NCBI RefSeq assembly: GCF_006345805.1
Contig: NC_042997.1
Span: 200,012,001-200,076,000 of the forward strand
DNA from: Octopus sinensis
Taxonomy: Eukaryota
Length of the DNA: 64,000 bases
Direction of reading: 5' to 3'
This document shows, piece by piece, positions 37,176 through 49,818 of this stretch; position 1 is the stretch's first letter; each line of letters opens with the position of its first letter. The notes beneath the pieces were generated by a model, which was not told the DNA's origin, did no database searches, and was given only the letters and a program-made list of their open reading frames with translations. Position numbers and translations under genes: made by a program.

Positions 37176-37944
37176 AATAACCCCCTCTCCTTCCTTCCTT
37201 ATCCACTTTTCTTCCCAAAAGACAGTGATATCTATTCCGAAATTCCGCTTAAATTTGAACAACATTATGACTACATAAAATTTATAACTTGCACTTAAAA
37301 CATGGCTGTTCTGTGGAAAATGAAATCGTTCGCAATAATTTTTATTTTAAGACTAAAAGTTGCCGTAAACATAACTGTTATTCTAATAAACATATTTCGT
37401 AGTCATTCAAATTGTATCTATGCAATATTGAAAGTAGTAATTTTATGTTTATAAATTTTAATAGTTCCTCAACCGCAATATTCCCGAAATCTATTTGATA
37501 GCTATAATTAAACAATGAACAAACCTTTTGTTGAAGAACTTCGAAAGGTAGTTATTCATACCCTGATTAATTTAAAATAATATTTCGATAAAATGCTAAG
37601 CAAATTTATATAATTTTATAATTTGAACTATAAGAATAGTTTGACTTGATTAATTTTACTTGGGATGTAGCTTTATTATATTGGTATAGGTCTTCTAGTT
37701 CTTTCTGTAGCTTTTCGAAAATGGCTTCATTGAGGGGCTTGAATGCATAATTTTAGCTTGAGCCACTTCTTTGAGGTGTTTTCTCTTGCTTATTGTTGGT
37801 CATCCCAAAGAGATGTTTATTAGTTCTTGGGTTTATAAGTATGATTTCTTTTGTAACTTCTGTGCGGAATGTTACAAAATTATTGTATATGATGCGTTAA
37901 AAAAATATCTGTCTTTAATTTTTCCTACCAAGACTAATTAATGC

Positions 37945-38520
37945 TGCGAGGTGCGTGAAAATTTTCGCGTCCATAGTCTCTGCGTCAGTTGTTACGCCTG
38001 AAGTTCAGACGTGTAATACACGTTTGTCGGATTTTCGTTTTCCCCGAACACATCGAGCAGAGATGTTACATCAAGTTTTACCAAAAGCTTGGTGATATTC
38101 AAGCTCAAATTATTAAGAAGGTTTAGCAGGTCTTTGGTGATGATGCCATCAGTGAAACTGAGATCAAGGAGTGGTACAACCGCACCTTAATGGAGAACAA
38201 GGCGCACTCAGGCAGACCAACCACAAGCCAAAACGTGGAGCCAATTGAGAAGGTTCGACGAAAAGTCATGTGTTGCAATCCAAGAAATTACACACGAACT
38301 GCAAATAAGCATAGGATCAGTATATTCTATTTTAACAGAGGATTTGTGCAAGCGGAAAATGTCGGCGAAATTCGTCCCCAAGATGCTGGTAGAGCAGAAG
38401 TGACTCCACATAGAAATCTCTCAGAACATGCTAGACTGTGCAAACCACGGCCCGGACTCCACGAAAACCATTGAGACATGGCTTTGTGGTCTCTGCTCAA
38501 TGAGTTCGGTCATCTAACTT
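37945..38520 (+). pseudogene. Second mariner family, 5' part, decayed
   Basis: EQRCYIKFYQKLG..VFGDDAISETEIKEWY..HSGRPTTSQNVEPIEKV..ELQISIGSVYSILTEDL..KMSAKFVPKML; a TIR-like cgaggtgcgtgaaaa lies at the start. Confidence 0.85.
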
Positions 38521-40271
38521 GAAAACGAAAAGCCTGCAAGTGTGCAGTCCGTGTCTGCACTTTAAGCGCATGAAATTTTTTATCAATGGCATCTAGAAAA
38601 CTGCAGTATTATGGTAGATTAAGTCTCATCTAGTGTAAGAACGTGAATAAATCCTATGGCATTAGTATTATCAATCTGTTCAACTGGAAATATAAATGGC
38701 TATTCATTTAATATAAAAAATATAATAGTACTTAGGAAATTATATTTCTAATTGCTGCAGTATTGTGATAGAGAAAGAGATACATCTCAAAGTCATGGGA
38801 AAGCATAATAAATATCTAATTAGAATCAATTTAATTGGGGATTACTAAATGTGAGATACAACGGCAATGAATTTATCTACAATATTTTGACAACTAAAAC
38901 ACATTCGCTTGTATTGACAAATGATATGAAATTATAATAATTTTAACAGACATTAATAATCATTTTTTTTCTCTCTGGTTTCAGCTCAGAGCTGCGGCCA
39001 TGTTGATGTTAAAATATTTCAAACGAGAACAAACAACGAACATTGAAATTCCCTGCATTTGAAGAAATTTTATAATTGGACTTTATTAAACAATATCATT
39101 AATTAAATAATTGAACTTACCTGCATAATTTCAAGTAATATTTCGAAAATGTCAAACAAGTTGTCGGGCTGATTAGATAGGTCTAATTATTCGGTATGAA
39201 GCTTAATTGCGTGCTATTTCATAAAAAGAAAAAAGAAACTCCGACTGTTGTTTAAATAATATTTGGGGGTTTTTTTGCTGGTGAGATATCAGAATATTTA
39301 CATAATTAAATACATAGATGCTTACCAGAAGCAGTTTTGCGTGCGAGGTAGGAATGACATTGTGTCCATTATAGTCGATGATTCCTTTAACCAAGAAACT
39401 GGTCTCTTACGGACTTGCTTTTAGTATATTCTATGTTCACTTCTGATTTGTTTTTGACTAAAAATTGACTGGCGACTTATTTGTGTAATAAGAGGTGAGG
39501 ATATTGTACGGTATGTGCTGGGAGACGAAGAGATTCTTTGAAACACAAATTGAGCAGGGACCAAGACTCTTGTAGTTGTCTTCTCTGGAACCGTCTCTAA
39601 CCGCTTTGCTGACTTTAGCGCGCCTTCGCTTCTATAATCTCCAATTACGTAGAAACTTCTCGAACGTAACAAAACATTCTATAAAAGGATAAAATTTCTG
39701 GAAGCTTATTGGTTGATTTGAGGACATGTCATCGGATCTAAGGGTGGCCTGATCCTTGTTACAAAAGCTGTAAGCTTTTGATCCGAGGATTTTCAAGAAA
39801 CTTGATATAATTTTTATAATTTGAGGCATTAGAACAAATATATTGGAATGAACTGTATAGCAGGCATCAATTATTTATGCCAAGAACATTGCACAAGACT
39901 CAGAGCACCTTGTGTGACGTCACATAATTATGTCATTTCAAGGCAGACGTTCGACATTTTTTCTTTCTTCTTTGGAGAAAATGTATCGTTTAAGATGGAG
40001 AACTCGCAATTGTAGCAAGGCCGACATTCCTTGTTGAAGACGTCCTTTACATTTTTTTTTCCAAAATCTCGTCGGAATCTTTACTACAACAGAGATTAAG
40101 ATTTTTGCAAATTAAATAAAGAAAAAAAGTTTAATTAATTTTTCTTTTTTCCATCCCCAGCAATTTTTAAACCTTTTTTGTTTTCCTGAAATTTTTTGTG
40201 GTATTTCCCGTTTTAAAATACAAAGATTACACTTCTGGAAAAATTAGATCGCCATCTTACTCAACAAAATA

Positions 40272-40527
40272 AGCTGTGAGTTTTAATAAGATTATAATAA
40301 TAATAATAATAGTAATAATAATAATAATAATAATAATAGTATAATAATAATAATAATAATAATATAATAGTATAATAATAATAATATAATAGTATAATTA
40401 TAATAATAATAATATAATAATAATAATAATATAATAGTATAATAATAATATAGTATAATAATAATAATAATAATAATAATAGTGTAATAATAATAATATA
40501 AAAATAATATAATAATAATAATAATTT
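40272..40527. repeat. Compound (AAT)n / AATAGTAT microsatellite
   Basis: Direct observation. Confidence 0.95.
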
Positions 40528-40714
40528 AAGTGTATGTGTTGTATTACATGAAGATATTTCGCCACTGTCCCTGCCACTTCCCCTTTCCAAGCTTTCAGTT
40601 ATACTGTAACATCTCTTATCCTTCACTCACCCTAAAATGCTGGGTGTGTCTCTGCAAGTGATTGTAACAAAAAGTGGAGATTAAAAGTAAATAATAATAA
40701 AGATAATGATAATA

Positions 40715-41235
40715 AGAAGTGTTATCATGTACATTGTTTTGTCTTGGTATAAACAATGGGCTACAGCAAATATTCTGCTCAATACCACAGACTTGCTTGT
40801 CAGTTGTTTGACCTTAACCAGTTGAGCATGTCCCTTAGTGGCTGACAATATGTGCATCTCTGATCACGAGCAGAAGTAGTGGGGGTGCATCATAGCCATG
40901 TGTTGAGAAGAATTCTTTGGGTTTGAATAATTCACCTCTGGAAATATGGGTGTTTCGTTCAACATCCTTAAACAACCCTTATTCAGGGACCTTTTGAGCG
41001 GGATAGGTTAATTGACCTGAAGAAAATTCTAACTGGGCTCCACCTGCAAGGTCATGTGCTGTTTATCTTGATATGAGATCACCATGTCGCACACATATGG
41101 TTGTGATGCATGTGCCTGATGTATCCTTATCATATGGGTAATCATAAAGGGTATACTGGGCTTCATATATTTTACCCCAGTGTCACTTTGATGGCATGCA
41201 CTGCTCTCTCACTCAATAATAATAATAATAATAGT
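40715..41235 (+). mobile_element. Non-coding ~500-bp interspersed element bounded by AAT runs
   Basis: Higher-complexity block with no ORF, preceded by an AAT-like run and ending in (AAT)n; resembles a repeat family I associate with Octopus. Confidence 0.55.
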
Positions 41236-41544
41236 AACACACAGTATACAAGACTACAAAACAACAATGAAAGAATCAGCAATGATCACAGCTTCCAAAG
41301 TTAACAGTAGCAACCATTTATAAAGAGATGCCATGTCAAATACCAAATAATTTTAAACTCGTTAAACATTTCTATTTTATGTTTAAAAAATCACCAAAAT
41401 CATAACATAAGCAAAATAGAGTTTTAAAGGAACTTCATAATAACTATTTTGTATTTAAAATTAAAACACAGTTTTTAAAAAATAATTTTTTAACAGGAAG
41501 GTCATAAATTTCAGAACAATAAAACATCTCACTGTTATTTAATT

Positions 41545-41821
41545 ATTTCAATTTGAAGAAGATGAAGATAGAGTCAATTATTGCTGGGTCCTTGGGATCT
41601 CTGTCAGAAGGCATCAATAATAATATAAAGGAAATTGGAATAGAATGCCCAGTAGAACTGTTACAAAAGGTTTGCCTCCTTGGCACGGTCAGAATAATCA
41701 GGAAAATATTAGATAGCTGAAAGGAACAGATAGCATGGTACCATAGGCTGCAGGTAGCAAGCCCGCTACGCATGCAAGACTTCAGGAGTTCTAACAAAAC
41801 GTGTGATAAAGAGAAATAATG

Positions 41822-41862
<41 letters not shown>
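41545..41862 (+). pseudogene. R4/Dong-clade retrotransposon 3' end, copy 1, with (AAT)n tail
   Basis: IESIIAGSLGSLSEGINNNIKEIGIECPVELLQKVCLLGTVRIIRKILDS*, then a UTR and (AAT)n. Confidence 0.85.
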
Positions 41863-42141
41863 TCCAATTTGAAAATGATACCATTCCTACAGGAAGTGCA
41901 AAAAATCGTGTTAACTGGAACGACTCATGTACTGAGAAGAGCATTATCACTGTGAAAACAATATCCAATCATGAATTTATTTATTTTTTTAATACATATT
42001 TTACCTGTGAATTTGCATGTGTAATCTGGGAATGCATACAATGAGCTTCTCTGCCCTAGGTGTACGGAAAACACTCGGCGAGAAATGGAAGAAAATTTGG
42101 AGAAAGAAGGAAAAAACAAATAATAACTAATAATAATAATA

Positions 42142-42547
42142 ATAATAATAATGGAAAAGACAAAAGGATGATAAAAGGAGGCATGATAATGTAGCTAAGT
42201 ATGTTCAGTGGTGATTTGGGGGGGGGGGAGTACGGTCTTGAAAGGGTATTGAAATAGTACGAGTATAAACCAGAAAGAGTCACCGAGAATAATGAGTATG
42301 AGATGTGGGATCTTACAAACCAGAATGATTCAGTGATTGGTGCTCTCAGAACAGACATTGTTGTAGTTGATAAAATGATTAAGGAAAGCAAGAAAGGAGA
42401 TCATAGATTTTGCCATATCTAGGGAACAGAATAATCAGGAAAGTATTAGATAGCTGAAAAGAACGAATAGAATGGTAGATTGCAGGTAGTAAACCTGCTA
42501 TGCATGCAAGACTTCAGGAGCTCCAACAAAACCTGTGATAAATGCAA

Positions 42548-42608
<61 letters not shown>

Positions 42609-42610
42609 GA
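42142..42610 (+). pseudogene. R4/Dong-clade 3' fragment, copy 2, internally deleted
   Basis: KRRHDNVAKYVQW..YEYKPERVTENNEYEMWD..RTDIVVVDK; same 3' UTR as copy 1; flanked by (AAT)n on both sides. Confidence 0.8.
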
Positions 42611-43530
42611 GAAAGTTGATGACACCGCATGGGGTGCTACACCCTAAAGCAAACGTAAACAGACTGTATATGAAAAGAAAGAATTGTGGCAGAGGACTAA
42701 TTAGTATAGACCATCGTATTAGGAGTGAAAGGAGAACACTTGCCGAGTATTTGATGAATAGTGATGAAGACCTGCTGCAATATGCCACAAAAGATATGGG
42801 TGTAAATGCAGATGAAATGATGGGGAAGGAAGAGTTTAAGGAAAGAGCTGAGGAGAAGAGAAAAGAAGACCTTCTTGAAATGAGAATGCATGGACAGTTT
42901 GAAAGAAATACACAAGACGTTAAGGATAATACAGCATCATGGGCATTGCTTGAGCAAGGTAATTTGAAGCGTACCACTGAAAGACTGATCATTGCTGCAC
43001 AAGACCAGGCTCTCACTATGAATTCAGTGAATTATAACATCTATAAAACTTCTGATACCCAGAAATGCAGGCTCTGTGGAAAATGTGACCCGTTTGGTAA
43101 CTGGATGCGAAAGCCTTGCACAATAAGAATACAAACGCCACCACAATAAAGTGTGTATGTATCTTCATTGGTTCTTATGCTGTAAATGTCAATATGAAGT
43201 AACAGAGAACTGGTATGGGCATGTACCAAGTAGAGTTATGCAGGAGGATGGAAAAATAACAATACTCTGGGACTGTGATTTTCAGATGGATAGTGTAATC
43301 AAACACCGTCAGCTGGATATTGTCATATTGAATAAAAGAGACAAATACTGTCAGGTCATTGATGTAGCCATACCAAATGACATGAATGTTGTGAGTAAAG
43401 AGGTTGAAAAATCCCTAAGTACTCTAAATTGAAAGTAGAAATGGCAAGACTGTATAGAATGCGAGAGGGTAATGTAAAAATGATACCAGTGGTGATCGGA
43501 GCATTTGGTTCAAACCCATTGAAACTTTAA
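42611..43530 (+). pseudogene. R4/Dong-clade RT thumb, CCHC knuckle and restriction-like endonuclease fragment, copy 3
   Basis: LHPKANVNRLYMKRKNCGRGL; IIAAQDQAL; CRLCG; HHNKV..LHW; ILWD; RQLDIVILNK..VIDVAIPND; IPVVIGAFG. Confidence 0.9.
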
Positions 43531-43599
43531 AACTTCTGCTGTATTTAGTGATCGTTTTAAACTGAGGAAGTTCCAGTACTTATATCCTTGTTTATCACA

Positions 43600-44250
43600 G
43601 GGATTTGCCTTTTGTTTTGTTTTTTAAAGTGCTAAATGAATCATCTCACTGTGCTTTGTAAATGAGTCGAATGGTAAATTCATTGACACCAAACTCGTGG
43701 CCCACCATAAACCTATTTTCTTGATCATCTCTACATTTCACTGCATTGTTTGTTAGGATCAGACAACTTCATAATTTTTCTGTTCACTGATCCCAAGTAT
43801 GTTCATACAAACACAAGTGACAGCCAGTGTACTGTGGATGGTTGTTGCGGTGCATTCAATTGATTGCCAACTCATGTTAACACAGATCAATCTGTGATAA
43901 GCATAACATGGTTCACAATTGAGAATACCATGTTATCCTGGATCAGTGATAAATGAATCAGTAATAAACAAGGCTATATGCATCTCTAATTCTGAACTAT
44001 GATGATCTAACGTAAATTACAACTCTATTAAGATGAGTAAGTGGCAATACAACCATGACATCTCCATTAATGCATTTGACCTCATGATGGAGTCAGTTGA
44101 TCCTCTGTTCAGCATCTCTGATCACGCTGTTGTTATTTTTGGATCATCTGCACACCACAATTTGATCTCTGATTTCTTGTTTTCTCACACAAAATTCTTA
44201 ATGGCTGGTAATTGGTTTGCCCTAAATGATTTGTTCTTCTGTATTGATTA
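43600..44250 (-). pseudogene. Possible pogo/Tigger HTH remnants
   Basis: VGHEFGVNEFTIRLIYK resembles the CENP-B-type HTH; very decayed. Confidence 0.25.
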
Positions 44251-44619
44251 GAATTTATTTGCTTCTGTGGAAAATGTGCAACTTAATTGGCATAAGTTCG
44301 AGACAATTTATTTTTATATGCCCAGATGTCATTCCCGATCAATACCAAAACGAAAACAGTCTGGTAATCACTTAGTGATGAATGATTTTTTCTTTTTGTT
44401 TTTTTTTCTTTGCCAAAGTTAAAGCTGAAAAGGTGAGAACTTGGAAACAAATTGGATAGTTCCTACTTTACCTTTGCCAAACTCAGAAAACAACCACAAT
44501 TTTGTTAGACTCACTAAATCTCATTCTTTGATACTTGTATGCCAGAATGAAATAAACTCTAAAAATTGTTCACGTTAACCAAATACCTCTACCTTGAAAA
44601 GGAAGTTCCTATACATAAT

Positions 44620-45010
44620 CCCCCATTCGTTTATTAACATTAACCACAGACCCATGTTCAGTATTTTGAACATAGATGATCATGTCCTGCCACAATTGTC
44701 TTCAATTGTTTTCTGTAACAGTCCCACTTTCTTAAGTTTAATGCCTCTTGCTCTCAACCAGTTCATCATGCTTGACATCTATAAAATCCTTCTCTTTCCT
44801 CTGCTTCTTGTCTCATCATTGCTAAATTCTCCTGACCCTCTTTTCAACACATAATTAAGAAATTTTAGTTGCTTGGCCCTTATCTCATGAAGCAGTTTCC
44901 TTTTTACCACAGCTTGGGTCATCACTTCATTAAATATTTTGTCCATGCTATCCTCAATATTCTAGTTAAGAACCACATTTCACAGCTCTCCAAATACTTT
45001 CTCATATTAC
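44620..45010 (-). pseudogene. Decayed RTE C-terminal fragment
   Basis: CEMWFLTRILRIAWTK resembles MWFYRRMLRISWT. Confidence 0.55.
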
Positions 45011-45674
45011 GTACCAAAGCTAAATGATTATTTTTAAACACTCCACTTCGTCTGTATCATTTCAATGAACTTTCTCGTTGAACTGTAAAAGTTTTGTTGA
45101 ATTTTTTTTTCTGTTCTGAATATTGAAGTAAGTTAACAATTCAACATTCCAAGTCCACAGGGCCATGCAGAAATCAGAACTCCACTTTTAAATGGTTATT
45201 GTACCTCCTTGTTTTTACTCTTCCTCTAATCACGTAATCAAAATATAATTTCTATACAATCAAGGAGTGCCATTGTTGTACCAGACTACAAAAATGAAGG
45301 AAGGAAATCTGATTTTAATAATTTCAGACCTTCTCAATTAACTCAAGTATTGACAACTTTAAAATTTCTTCTTCTCTACTAACTTCTGTAGGCACAGTTA
45401 CCCACCTTGACAGCGGGTTCAAACAAGCTGACGATATAGAGGGTGTTACACAACATTAAGTTTCAGACACTCACCTCTCCCTCTTTCTGCACTGGGACGT
45501 GAACTGCGAAGATATAATTTCACTGGCTCTCTCTCATACCACACGCCAACTACCAGATAGGAGCAAAAGCACAGAAGACCATGGCCTCTATGCACCAACG
45601 ATTCCAATTATCATTCAGTTGTGTATATACATGTGGCCACAATAAACGTATTTAAAGTTACAACCTTGTTTATA

Positions 45675-45905
45675 TATATATTTCTTTATTGCCCACAAGG
45701 GACTAAACATAGAGGGGACAAACAAGGACAAAGGGATTAAGTCAATGCCATCGACCCCAGTGCAAAACTGGTACTTTATTTATCGATCCCGAAAGCATGA
45801 AAGGCAAAATCGACCTTGGCGGAATTTGAACTCAGAACGTAACGACAAACGAAATACCACTAAGCATTTCACCCGGCGTGCTAACGTTTCTGCCAGCTCG
45901 CCACC
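45675..45905 (-). mobile_element. SINE family D, conserved
   Basis: Reverse complement of family D. Confidence 0.9.
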
Positions 45906-46317
45906 TATAACTTTGTTTATATATTCTTCATCCGGGTTTCCTACCAAACAAGATTACAGCCTTCTGAGTGAGTCACATTAGGTGGCTCAACAACAACCTA
46001 CCCATCTAAACTTCTTATTCTCTATTAACCCCTCTTCTTGATCTGAATGTTTACTGAACTACTTAACCTTAAACCAATTCATTCTATTCATCAAATTAAC
46101 ATATTTTAAACTAAAAACAATTTCTTCCCTTGCAATCTTTCTCAATTTGGCAGGTTTTAAACACATTGCTATTATACAGCAAAAACTCTGTACATAAGGA
46201 ATACGCAATCGTCTTTTGATATGATTGGCAACTTTATTCATCGAAGAGCTTAAATTGTTGGAGTCAGTGAGGCATTTTCTGTTTTACATGTCCTTGAAAA
46301 GCAAGATATCTTTTTGC

Positions 46318-46560
46318 TTTTATCTTTTACTTGTTTCGGTCTCTAGACTGTGGCCATGCTGGGGCACCACCTTAAAGAATTTTTAGTAGAATGAATCGAC
46401 CCCAGTACTTTGTCAAAGCCTTCTACTTACTCTGTCAGTCACATGTATATATGTGTTTGTTACTACACCATCGCTTGAAAACCGATGTTGGTGTGTTTAC
46501 ATCCCATAACTTAGCAGTTCGGCAAAAGAGACCGATAGAATAAGTACTAGGGTCGATTTG
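46318..46560. mobile_element. SINE family B pieces in opposite orientations
   Basis: Minus-strand tail at 46318-46440 followed by the plus-strand body catcgcttgaaaaccgatg..agtactagggtcgatttg. Confidence 0.7.
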
Positions 46561-47154
46561 TTAAGAATTTTCCAGTTTTCTAATTAGGAGGGATTGTCCC
46601 ATAGATGAATTTAACATAAAATAATTGGGAATGTTCAAGTAAGTTTTATTCGTGAATACCTCTCCTGTTCTCGTCTGAGTATGTTATCTTTCCTAGATCA
46701 AACTCGATCGAAAAATCCAGTAATGAGAAGCGTTCCGGTTGTGACCATTCCATCAATTTTGTCAATAAAGGACTATATTTATGCACTAAGTTTATGCAAT
46801 ATATCGTTCCTTCTTTTTCTTTGACACAATAGTTTATGATTTGAGGGAGATTTCGTTGTTATTTCTAGCAGGGTGAGCCACTGTATAGCGGCTCCCTTGT
46901 GAGATTAGTTTGTTGCTGCTGTTGTTTATTCTTAGGTAAGTTCTGAATGACCAGACATGATCAAAGACATACCAGTCAAGACTTCTTCTTCTTACCTATT
47001 TTCAAAAACTATATCTATCGCTACCTAATCAAATGTGTCATTTCATTTTTAAGGCGAAAACATTTGATCTTCAGGGAGATTTAGCTGCTATTTCTAGCAG
47101 ACTGTACATATACTTAGGCTCTACTCTATCTTTATTATTTTTATCTGCCTTCAA

Positions 47155-47385
47155 AGGCGGCGAGCTGGCAGAAACGTTAGCACGCCGGGCGAAATGCGTA
47201 GCCGTATTTCGTCTGCCATTACGTCCTGAGTTCAAATTCCACCGAGGTCGACTTTGCCTTTCATCCTTTCGGGGTCGATAAATTAAGTACCAGTTACGTA
47301 CTAGGGTCGATGTAAACCAATTCGTTTGTCTGCCCTTGTTTGTCCCCTCTATGTTTAGCCCCTTGTGGGCAGTAACGAAATATAT
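47155..47385 (+). mobile_element. SINE family D, conserved
   Basis: ggcggcgagctggcagaaacgttagcacgccgggcgaaatg..gccccttgtgggcagtaa. Confidence 0.92.
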
Positions 47386-47762
47386 TTTTATCTGCCTTGA
47401 ACGGACGGTGAACGGTTTTTAACATAAAAAGAAAAAGTATATAAAATTTGATATTCTGATGTATTTCTTATAATAATTCTTACTTTTCTTATAGGAGTTG
47501 CGGTCCCAGCTTAAGAGTCAATACAACGAAAAGTTTAGAAATCAGTGAAAATTCTAGAATAGTTGTAAGGAACCTTGCGGCTCAATGCGGTCTCTTGGAA
47601 GATCACTGAATTTTGCCCCAAATAAAGCTTCTTGTTGATTAGATACTATTATATATTACATAAGTGAACAGAAGTCATTAAAAGTCATTTGATATTTTTA
47701 TTTCTTAGTTAAATTATTTCTAATTACAAAATCACTTTAAACTCAATTACATTTTTCGGCAT

Positions 47763-48687
47763 AGTTTCGGTTGTAGTAGCACAGATTTCCGTCGATTTCC
47801 GTAAAAAACTTTTATTTTTTTACATAAGTAATGAGAGCGAAAGAGACTAAGAGGAAGCGATTTTACGACGAGAAGGTTTCACTTTGAAGTCGGCCTGTGT
47901 GTGTTTGATGGGGTGTGGGAGACAGACAGTATGTTGTGTAAGTGAAGTGCTTCTGTTAGTGTGCGAAGAGACAGACATACATATACACATACACCGAGTA
48001 AAAAATTACGATGAATCGGCCATACATACATACATACACACACACACAACATACATAGATACATACACACACCACATACATACATACATACATACACACA
48101 CATACTTACACACACACACATACATACATACACACACACAACATACATGCAGACATACATATACACATACACCGAGTAAAAAATTACACTGAATCGACCA
48201 TACATACATACACACATACATACATACACACACACACATACACAGATACATACACACACACACATACATGCAGACATACATATACACATACACCGAGTAA
48301 AAAATTACGATAAATCGGCATACATACATACATACACACACACATACTTACACACACACACATACATAGATACATACACACACACATACATGCATATACA
48401 CATACACCGAGTAAAAAATCAGTTATCTCTCTCTTTCACACATTACTCTCTCTGTCTCTTCGCACACACTAACAGAAGCACTTCACTTACACAACATACT
48501 GTCTCCCACACCCCATCAAACACACACACATGTACATCAATGCTTCCCTAGACGGTAACTTCAAAGACAAACTTCCCTCGTCATAAAATTGCTTCCTCTT
48601 AGTCTCTTTCGCTCTCATTACTTATGTAAAAAAATAAAAGTTTTTTTACGGAAATCGACGGAAATCTGAGCTACGACATGCGAAACT
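47763..48687. mobile_element. Long-TIR (about 220 bp) element enclosing a tandem array
   Basis: 47763-47985 is the reverse complement of about 48460-48687; the anchor caccgagtaaaaaat recurs at 47992, 48170, 48291 and 48405, separated by (CA/TACA) runs. Confidence 0.88.
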
Positions 48688-49164
48688 TCGCCCATTTTTC
48701 TGCAGATTTATTTTTAATAAGATTAATGCCACTTGGTACAATATTTCGTTAACATGCCGTTTAAGGGTTAAAAAATGGATGTAAATTGCCCGGTAGCAGC
48801 ATACCATAATTTCATAAAGAGAATTGGTGAAATACAGTAATTTTATTAACAGAATTTTCTTATTCCGCGTCTACAAGCACTTGCTGGGGCAATCCTTCGG
48901 AGATGGTCTCAGAACAGTAAAATTGTTCGTCTGGCAACTTCAGTATAAAATTTCTATTTCTTTAATGCATATTTTTTTTGCAGTTGAATAGTGCAAAACA
49001 AGGTCGCGCGCGCGCATATACATATACACCAAAACACACGCGCACACACTCACTCACATACGCACACACACACATACATATACACGTTTTATATTTTCAC
49101 TAATCGCTTGTTTATATATTTTTGTGTATGTATGCGTTTATGTCCATGTATGTATGCATGTTCG

Positions 49165-49272
49165 TACGTACGCACGCACCCACATACGTACGTATGTACG
49201 TATGTACGTATGTACGTATGTATGTATGTATGTATGTATGTATGTATGTATGTATGTATGTATATATGTATG
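49165..49272. repeat. (TACG/TATG)n microsatellite
   Basis: Direct observation. Confidence 0.95.
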
Positions 49273-49818
49273 TAGAGGTCTGTGTACAAGCTGGAAAAGA
49301 AAATAAGGAAATAAAAATGTTTTACGGAACTTACCGAACAAATAGTTTAACTTTCCTGAGACCATTTCCGAAGGATTGCTCTTACCTATAGAGTACCTTC
49401 TAGCGATATCCTAAGTATTTCAGAAACAACGGTTGAGCTACACTATCTCAATGTACATTACTCAGCTTAAATGTGATTATTTTCATCATATATTAAATAT
49501 ACGTACATTATTATACAATGGTTACCTTTTATAATTTGTTTATATTAGATTATAAGATTCTACTGTCATTACTTCAGGTCGATATACTTTCACTTTCCTC
49601 AAAGCCCTCTAAACTGCATGTTTCTTCCCTATTTACTCTAGTACAATGCAATTTCAGAAATCAATAACATTTTTATCCTTTTATCTACCATCAAATTTCA
49701 CCCTGCTGTTTTGTATTAAATTTCTTGTGTTCTTCATGTGTAACTATAGTAATTTTTTGCGCCCCTCAAATATCAAAATGCTATTGTTACATTAGATCGC
49801 TATCATTTTTTTATTACC

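Noticed and set aside
39421-39829. Two overlapping minus-strand ORFs as a protein gene
   Set aside because: No recognisable domain and they need a frameshift; kept only as part of the 34-40 kb finding
40261-43016. Poly-Y/I/L ORFs
   Set aside because: They are (AAT)n repeats, or antisense to R4/Dong fragments
46059-46241. 60-aa minus-strand ORF as an exon
   Set aside because: Poor acceptor and no homology recognised
47992-48420. CRISPR-like repeat-spacer pattern
   Set aside because: The spacers are microsatellite variants of each other, the context is eukaryotic, and there are no cas genes
47879-49391. Many 60-136 aa ORFs rich in C/V/Y/M or H/T/I
   Set aside because: They are translations of (TG)/(TATG) microsatellites
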